A DNA stretch of 20,000 nt. It comes from an uncultured bacterium. GTDB lineage: Bacteria > CAYUVA01. The stretch is from assembly GCA_964448115.1 (NCBI GenBank), contig CAYUVA010000020.1, forward strand, positions 51,226-71,225, read 5' to 3'. The position numbers and the translations under genes are program-made. Each line of letters starts with the position of its first letter. Position 1 is the stretch's first letter. Below the pieces are notes generated by a model. The model did no database searches. It saw only the letters and a list, made by a program, of their open reading frames with translations, and had not been told where the DNA came from. Below are positions 15,320 to 20,000 of the stretch, in pieces.

Positions 15320-17340
15320 TTTGCCCCCTTTCCATGCAATCTCTGGGCAAGGATACTGATGTCCGCTCCGTCGATAATTCCATTGCAGTTCACATCAGCC
15401 GCAGCGAGCCACTTATTGGATTGTTGTCTCACATCAGCGCCGAAGTTTTCACAAATAAGCTTGAAATCATCGTCCCCAAAGACGCCATCTTCATTCACAT
15501 CGCCGCTTTTTTGTCCCTCATCGCCCCCTTGATCGCTGACCTTCTTGGAGTAGTTGCTTTCCACGCCCCAGTTGCTTACTGAGGTTGCTGCATACCAGAA
15601 GATCTGGTTTACCGGCAAATCAGGGTCAATATACATGTTTTCATTGATCAGCTTCGAGTTAAGACGGGTAAAGCTGGAGGTCTCGCTCTCCAGGCGATAA
15701 ACATTATATCCTTCAATCAGCTCAGGATCTGCCGGGCTCCAGGTCAGCTTGTTGTACTTGCGCGCATCGAAAAGGCTCTGCGAATAGATGGGTGTAACCA
15801 TAAGGTTGATCGGCGGATCCGGTCTAACTACCTTGTAACGCATGATGACCTTTGATATGGCGCGAAGACAAACCGGGCAGTAGTCATACTTTGGATCCTG
15901 GCTGCGAGCCTGCATTACGCACGAATTAGCCGTGGGTCTGAACAGGTTACGATAATAGCAAATCTGATAGCACCCAGTTCCTGGTACATCCTCCCACTTT
16001 ACGCATCCCATGTTATCGCAGTTGGGTCCCCAGGCGGGACCGTTCTCGATTCCTCCATCATACTCGTCCATAAGCCCGCCGAAGCTGTGCCCGAACTCAT
16101 GCACGGTTACCACCGGATCCCCTCTGGTGCTCATCGCATAGGAATCGGCTCCTCCGCCTCCGATGGTTACATAAGCTGTCCCTGCCCATAGATCCGAGTT
16201 GATTATCACTATGATCTCATCGTAAGGCAGAACCGAGGCTGCCTCATAAACCTTGGCGCTGTTGCAGCTTATCCAGTTAGTGCCTCCGGTCTCATGCACC
16301 TTGCAACCCAGATCCATCAGGTTATCGACCCTATAGTAGTTGAATACACCGCGAAAATCGACAAAAGGATGCCGCACCTTGAGGTACTGATAGTGATCCT
16401 CCACATCCTGTCGATAGTAATCCAGCTCGGATGCGCTATAGTCATCGCCGAGAAATACGACATCGATGGCATCCTCTGTATCTCGATATTTCTGCAATAC
16501 CGTGTAGTCATGGATCCCCTGTTCCCGTCTTTTAATTTTATCAGGAAGCGTGCCTGTAACTACGGTATCTCCTTTTCGATCTATGATCTTGTATGACCTG
16601 GCGTTTTTGAAAAACGGGATATGCTGCACGGCCTGATACTCGGTAATCTCCCTGCTTCCGCCCTTGAATACATCATCTTGCACGAAGGTTGATGAGATAT
16701 ATCTTTTCACCTGGAAGCCAAAAGACCAGATCTCCCTTTCTTTCTCATCCAGTATTATCAATCGGTGCGATGATGCCCGTTGAACTCGTCTATCCGGGCA
16801 GTATCCTTCCATGATGAATGCATCAATGACATCGATCTTTTCGCCTTTTATCATCAGCTTAAAGGCATATATCTTTCCCTGCATGAAGGTGGGGATCTCG
16901 GTGAAGTCTATAAAGCGATCCATCATAGTGAACATGCCGCTTCGATACTCTTGATCCAGCGTCTTTATCCGTTCCATTATGGTATCTTCTGGTATCATAC
17001 CTCGCAGGGTTTCGAGGTTCTCTCCCTTAGCACCGAGCACGACTATCGAAGGAAAGATATTGATCTCATACTTTTCAACGAGCCCTGGCGCCTGGGTCAT
17101 CTCGTAGGATGTAAGCTGGTATCTTGCTTTAAGCCTCTCTATGGTTTCAGTCATGCGCATGCAATATTCGCAGTCAAGGCTATAAAAATAAAGCAGTTTT
17201 ACCCTTGGCTCAAGATCAATTCTGTTGCTCGCCGTTTGTTGGAGCTTAGGTACAAGTTCGTCAGCCACAGCAATTGAGGTTGTCATTAACAGAACCGTGG
17301 CGGTTATGAGAACGGCTAAATGCCAATAGCTTTTCATCAT
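15316..17340 (-). CDS. Secreted multidomain metallopeptidase: signal peptide, thioredoxin-like (CEYC), peptidase M64-like, FN3, dockerin/EF-hand-like
   Basis: YFYSLDCEYC...FPSIVV; IDVVFLGDDY; HEFGHSFGGLMDEY; CVM; YCPVC; PPINL..LTW..GYNVYR; GDVNEDG...ADVNCNGIIDGADI. GGGAGG RBS. Confidence 0.85.
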   Translation of the reverse strand: MMKSYWHLAVLITATVLLMTTSIAVADELVPKLQQTASNRIDLEPRVKLLYFYSLDCEYCMRMTETIERLKARYQLTSYEMTQAPGLVEKYEINIFPSIVVLGAKGENLETLRGMIPEDTIMERIKTLDQEYRSGMFTMMDRFIDFTEIPTFMQGKIYAFKLMIKGEKIDVIDAFIMEGYCPDRRVQRASSHRLIILDEKEREIWSFGFQVKRYISSTFVQDDVFKGGSREITEYQAVQHIPFFKNARSYKIIDRKGDTVVTGTLPDKIKRREQGIHDYTVLQKYRDTEDAIDVVFLGDDYSASELDYYRQDVEDHYQYLKVRHPFVDFRGVFNYYRVDNLMDLGCKVHETGGTNWISCNSAKVYEAASVLPYDEIIVIINSDLWAGTAYVTIGGGGADSYAMSTRGDPVVTVHEFGHSFGGLMDEYDGGIENGPAWGPNCDNMGCVKWEDVPGTGCYQICYYRNLFRPTANSCVMQARSQDPKYDYCPVCLRAISKVIMRYKVVRPDPPINLMVTPIYSQSLFDARKYNKLTWSPADPELIEGYNVYRLESETSSFTRLNSKLINENMYIDPDLPVNQIFWYAATSVSNWGVESNYSKKVSDQGGDEGQKSGDVNEDGVFGDDDFKLICENFGADVRQQSNKWLAAADVNCNGIIDGADISILAQRLHGKGAK

Positions 17341-17350
17341 AAGCTTCCTC

Positions 17351-17389
17351 CCATTTCAGATATATAAAATATTGCCATTTCAGTGTCAA
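17351..17389 (-). promoter_or_regulatory. Putative promoter of the peptidase operon with two CTGAAATGG direct repeats
   Basis: Minus TTGACA (17389-17384), 17-nt spacer, TATATA (17366-17361). CCATTTCAG on + at 17351-17359 and 17375-17383. Confidence 0.5.
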
Positions 17390-17452
17390 ATTCCATCAAT
17401 ATCCCAGATTCTCGGCTTGAAATCGAGGGCGCAGGAATGAAATGGCGCAGAT

Positions 17453-17597
17453 GTCCTCCCTTTTGTCATGCCCGCGAAGCCTGTCATCGCGAAGGTGGGG
17501 AGCGGGCATCCAGTTCATATTAATGGCTAATAATAGTGTATTTCCGCCGGAGTTTACCACGAACTTTATGCGGGGCAGGAATGACAAGGAGGGGGAC
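17453..17597. repeat. REP-like palindromic element (GTCAT..CCGCGAAG..GCGGG.ATCCAG / ...GGAATGAC type)
   Basis: Left unit GTCATGCCCGCGAAG...GCGGGCATCCAG 17465-17513; degenerate right unit ...TTTCCGCCGGAGTTTA...GCGGGGCAGGAATGAC ending 17585. Outer arms GTCCTCCCTTTTGTCAT / ATGACAAGGAGGGGGAC. Confidence 0.75.
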
Positions 17598-17655
17598 TAG
17601 GGGCTTCAAGCCTTTGACTTGAAGATCATAATTGATGTAGCTTTAAAAGGAAGAT

Positions 17656-17694
17656 TTGGGGAATAACCCTTTTTAAGAAAAGGGCTTCCCCCAA
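17656..17694. repeat. Imperfect hairpin TTGGGGAA..CCCTTTT / AAAAGGG.TTCCCCCAA
   Basis: Inverted repeat read directly in the divergent intergenic region. Confidence 0.6.
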
Positions 17695-17798
17695 GAAAAG
17701 CAAATTCAAACTGAATATTGTTCGGGACATTGGTGCTTCAAAGTAAGATATAATAGTGCTATACAAACCTTAATGTTGAATTATTTTAGGCATTGGCA

Positions 17799-18911
17799 AT
17801 GCAAGATCTATTCAAACTCAAAGTAAAAAGTCTGCTCGATGCGAGGAGGGGTGGCAAACCGCGCCTGCTACTTCTCGAGCTCAACATCACCAATGCATGT
17901 AATCTGGCATGCTTATCATGCTGGCAAAGGGGTATGCAACGAATAAGCACTCGCAATGAGCTGCCTGATGAGCGCTTCCTAGCCATCCTTGACCAGGCGA
18001 TCGCGCATGGAGTCAGGGAGCTTCGGTTGCCGGGAAGCGGCGAACCAATGGTGAAAAGAAAGCTTCTAACAAGGATAATAGAAAGGGCAAAATCCAGTGG
18101 AATTAAGGGTTTGCTGATTACCAACGGGACCTTGATCAATAAGAATATGGCAGCGCTTTTAGTCGATACCGGCTGGGATAATCTGACCATCAGCATTGAC
18201 CATTCGGATCCCAAGCAAAACGACATGTTGAGAGGAAAAAAGGGAACCACGACCAAGATATTGAAAGGCATTGAATTGATAAATCGAGCCAAATCTTCAG
18301 CCAGGTCCCAGCTCCCTGAGTTGCGTATAAATACTGTGCTAAGCTCGCATAATGTTGCTGCGCTGCCCCAACTGGTCGAGCTGGCTGCCCAGCACGGCTT
18401 CTCATCTATCAGCTTCCAGGGGATGACCATCTTCTCGACTATGGGAGAGAAAATGAAGATTAGACCGAGCCAAGCACAGGAGTTTAACGAGAGTGTTATC
18501 AAGACCGATGAGCTTGCAAAAGCAAAGGGTATATATACCAATATTCTCGATTTCGCGGATATCGACCTGGTCAGCAGAACAAACGAGATGGACTGTAAAA
18601 TATGCGAGCAGACCGATCCGCTTAAAGATGACCCATTTTTGGCGCTCCCCTGTTTTGAGCCGTTTTATAACATGGTGATCCTTCCCGAAGGAGAGACCGG
18701 ACCCTGCAGCGTATTCGGAGGGCGGGGCGGAGATGATTGCCGGACCAGATCCATCGAACAAATTTGGCATGGAGCTATATTCAATGGGATCAGAGACACA
18801 CTTCTTAGCGGAGGAATGATGGAATATTGCAGTCAGTGTTGCGTGCCGGTGTTTCTGGAGACATCGCGACTTCGAGAAGCAATAAAGAAAAGCATTACTG
18901 AGCAAGGATAA
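17799..18911 (+). CDS. Radical SAM protein with SPASM/twitch domain
   Basis: CNLACLSC, GSGEPM, ITNGT, ISID, CFEPF...GETGPC...IW...CSQC. ATG 17799 preferred over TTG 17793; TATAAT at 17749-17754. Confidence 0.9.
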   Translation: MQDLFKLKVKSLLDARRGGKPRLLLLELNITNACNLACLSCWQRGMQRISTRNELPDERFLAILDQAIAHGVRELRLPGSGEPMVKRKLLTRIIERAKSSGIKGLLITNGTLINKNMAALLVDTGWDNLTISIDHSDPKQNDMLRGKKGTTTKILKGIELINRAKSSARSQLPELRINTVLSSHNVAALPQLVELAAQHGFSSISFQGMTIFSTMGEKMKIRPSQAQEFNESVIKTDELAKAKGIYTNILDFADIDLVSRTNEMDCKICEQTDPLKDDPFLALPCFEPFYNMVILPEGETGPCSVFGGRGGDDCRTRSIEQIWHGAIFNGIRDTLLSGGMMEYCSQCCVPVFLETSRLREAIKKSITEQG

Positions 18912-18918
18912 TAATGCT

Positions 18919-19971
18919 ATGAGAGCTTGCATTAGAATAACAATCGCTTGCATACTGGTATGTACGGCAACATATTCAGCTAATCAAATAAAAGATCAGA
19001 TAGAAGAAAGATTGAATGCCCATGGTAAGCGGGCGGGAAGCGTTGCAATTGCACTAAAAAACCTCGAATCTGGCCATTACCTGTATCAAAAGAACATCGA
19101 TATGAGCTTAAAGCCTGCCTCTACCCTGAAGCTGCTCACCTCTGTGGCTGCCCTAAAAATACTAGGCTCTGAACACAAGTTCCTTACAACCTTTTATCAT
19201 ACTGGCAAGATGGAGCGAGGTGAGATATATGGAGATCTCTATGTGAAGTTCGGGGGGGACCCTCATCTTGTCATCGAGGATCTATATTTAATTTGCCATA
19301 AGCTAAAGGTGGAAGGACTAAAAAGTATCCAGGGCGATATTATACTAGACATAAGCATATTCGATCAAAATGCTTCTTGTGTTGGATGGCCAAGTGATCA
19401 CGATGGACACTGGTACACCGCCCCTATAAGCGCTGCAACCATAAACTTCAACACCATCTATCTGAGGATTGACGGCGATGGCTCTGTTCGCAGAAATGCC
19501 TCCATAGTGGTGGATCCACCACTGGATTACATTCGGTTGAAGAATAAAATAAACATAACCAGACATAGCAATAATCCAGTCTGGTATGAGCGAAAAATGG
19601 GACATGGAAGGCTTGAGATAATAGCCCAAGGAAAGATCAAACAAGGAGCCGAGGTAGAGGATTGGCTGTCAGTCATCGATCCGATCAGTTATTTTTCGGA
19701 ATTATTCATTTATTTATTGAATCTTCAGGGAATCGAGATAAAGGGTAACTATAAGACCGGTTGCTTGCCAGAGGATGCCAAGATGCTATATGAGCATGAA
19801 TCTAAGCCACTTTCACAGATAATCTTCGGATTGAATAAGTACAGTAACAACCTGACCGCAGAGATGCTGGTAAAATACCTAGGAGGTATGAAGAACGGCA
19901 TTCCCGGAACTACCGGTAAGGGATTGAGCGTGTTGCGCTCATTCATTCTCCTCGCCGTCCTCGCTCGTTAG
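18919..19971 (+). CDS. dacB: D-Ala-D-Ala carboxypeptidase/endopeptidase (PBP4, peptidase S13), C-terminally truncated
   Basis: Signal peptide, PASTLK (SxxK), GGDP, KYSNNLTAE (SxN). The DGSGLS and terminal KTG motifs are absent before the TAG at 19969-19971. Confidence 0.85.
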   Translation: MRACIRITIACILVCTATYSANQIKDQIEERLNAHGKRAGSVAIALKNLESGHYLYQKNIDMSLKPASTLKLLTSVAALKILGSEHKFLTTFYHTGKMERGEIYGDLYVKFGGDPHLVIEDLYLICHKLKVEGLKSIQGDIILDISIFDQNASCVGWPSDHDGHWYTAPISAATINFNTIYLRIDGDGSVRRNASIVVDPPLDYIRLKNKINITRHSNNPVWYERKMGHGRLEIIAQGKIKQGAEVEDWLSVIDPISYFSELFIYLLNLQGIEIKGNYKTGCLPEDAKMLYEHESKPLSQIIFGLNKYSNNLTAEMLVKYLGGMKNGIPGTTGKGLSVLRSFILLAVLAR

Positions 19972-20000
19972 GGTGGCAGTGATGGCCTCCTCGTGGAGAT
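19939..20000 (-). CDS. Probable 3' end of an unrelated minus-strand gene (...LHEEAITATLTSEDGEENE*)
   Basis: GC-rich codons and an acidic C-terminus, ending GAGGAG-AATGA-ATGA, which resembles an RBS plus coupled start/stop. Confidence 0.45.
   Translation of the reverse strand, partial: LHEEAITATLTSEDGEENE

Noticed and set aside
17396..17587. 63-aa minus-strand ORF
   Set aside because: Translation of the REP-like repeat; no evidence of coding.
17786..18953. Long antisense ORFs (251 aa and 183 aa) opposite the rSAM, and similar antisense ORFs over pfkA, DGC, ior and the peptidase
   Set aside because: No motifs; explained as shadows of well-supported genes.
19969..19971. TAG read-through or recoding in dacB
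   Set aside because: TAG terminates pfkA and iorA at their expected ends, and the residues around this TAG do not resemble PBP4.
1..20000. CRISPR array, transposase/integrase, RiPP precursor peptide
   Set aside because: No regularly spaced repeat-spacer units, no recombinase motifs, and no convincing small precursor ORF beside the SPASM genes.

Overview
Bacterial chromosomal window, probably from an anaerobic diderm (outer-membrane beta-barrel, IorAB, many Fe-S enzymes). 1-5633 is an AT-rich block: the end of a spermidine-synthase-like membrane protein, a GT2 glycosyltransferase with a beta-rich C-terminal extension, a radical SAM/SPASM enzyme, a B12-dependent radical SAM enzyme and a convergent second radical SAM/SPASM enzyme. 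This is the best candidate for an uncharacterised glycan or small-molecule tailoring system. 5650-10099 is a minus-strand run of iorA, iorB, an FHA-GGDEF diguanylate cyclase and pfkA. tRNA-Arg(UCG) at 10528-10601 borders a decayed patch: a degenerate RpiB/LacA fold fused to an 'ITPAAKD' module, a ThDP enzyme reduced to its two termini, and a truncated convergent gene. Next come a CrtI-family oxidoreductase plus FNR/2Fe-2S reductase pair, a secreted thioredoxin-M64 peptidase-FN3-dockerin-like protein coupled to a beta-barrel, REP-like palindromes, a fourth radical SAM gene, and a dacB that breaks off at an apparent junction near the right edge. All family assignments come from reading motifs by eye; no searches were run.
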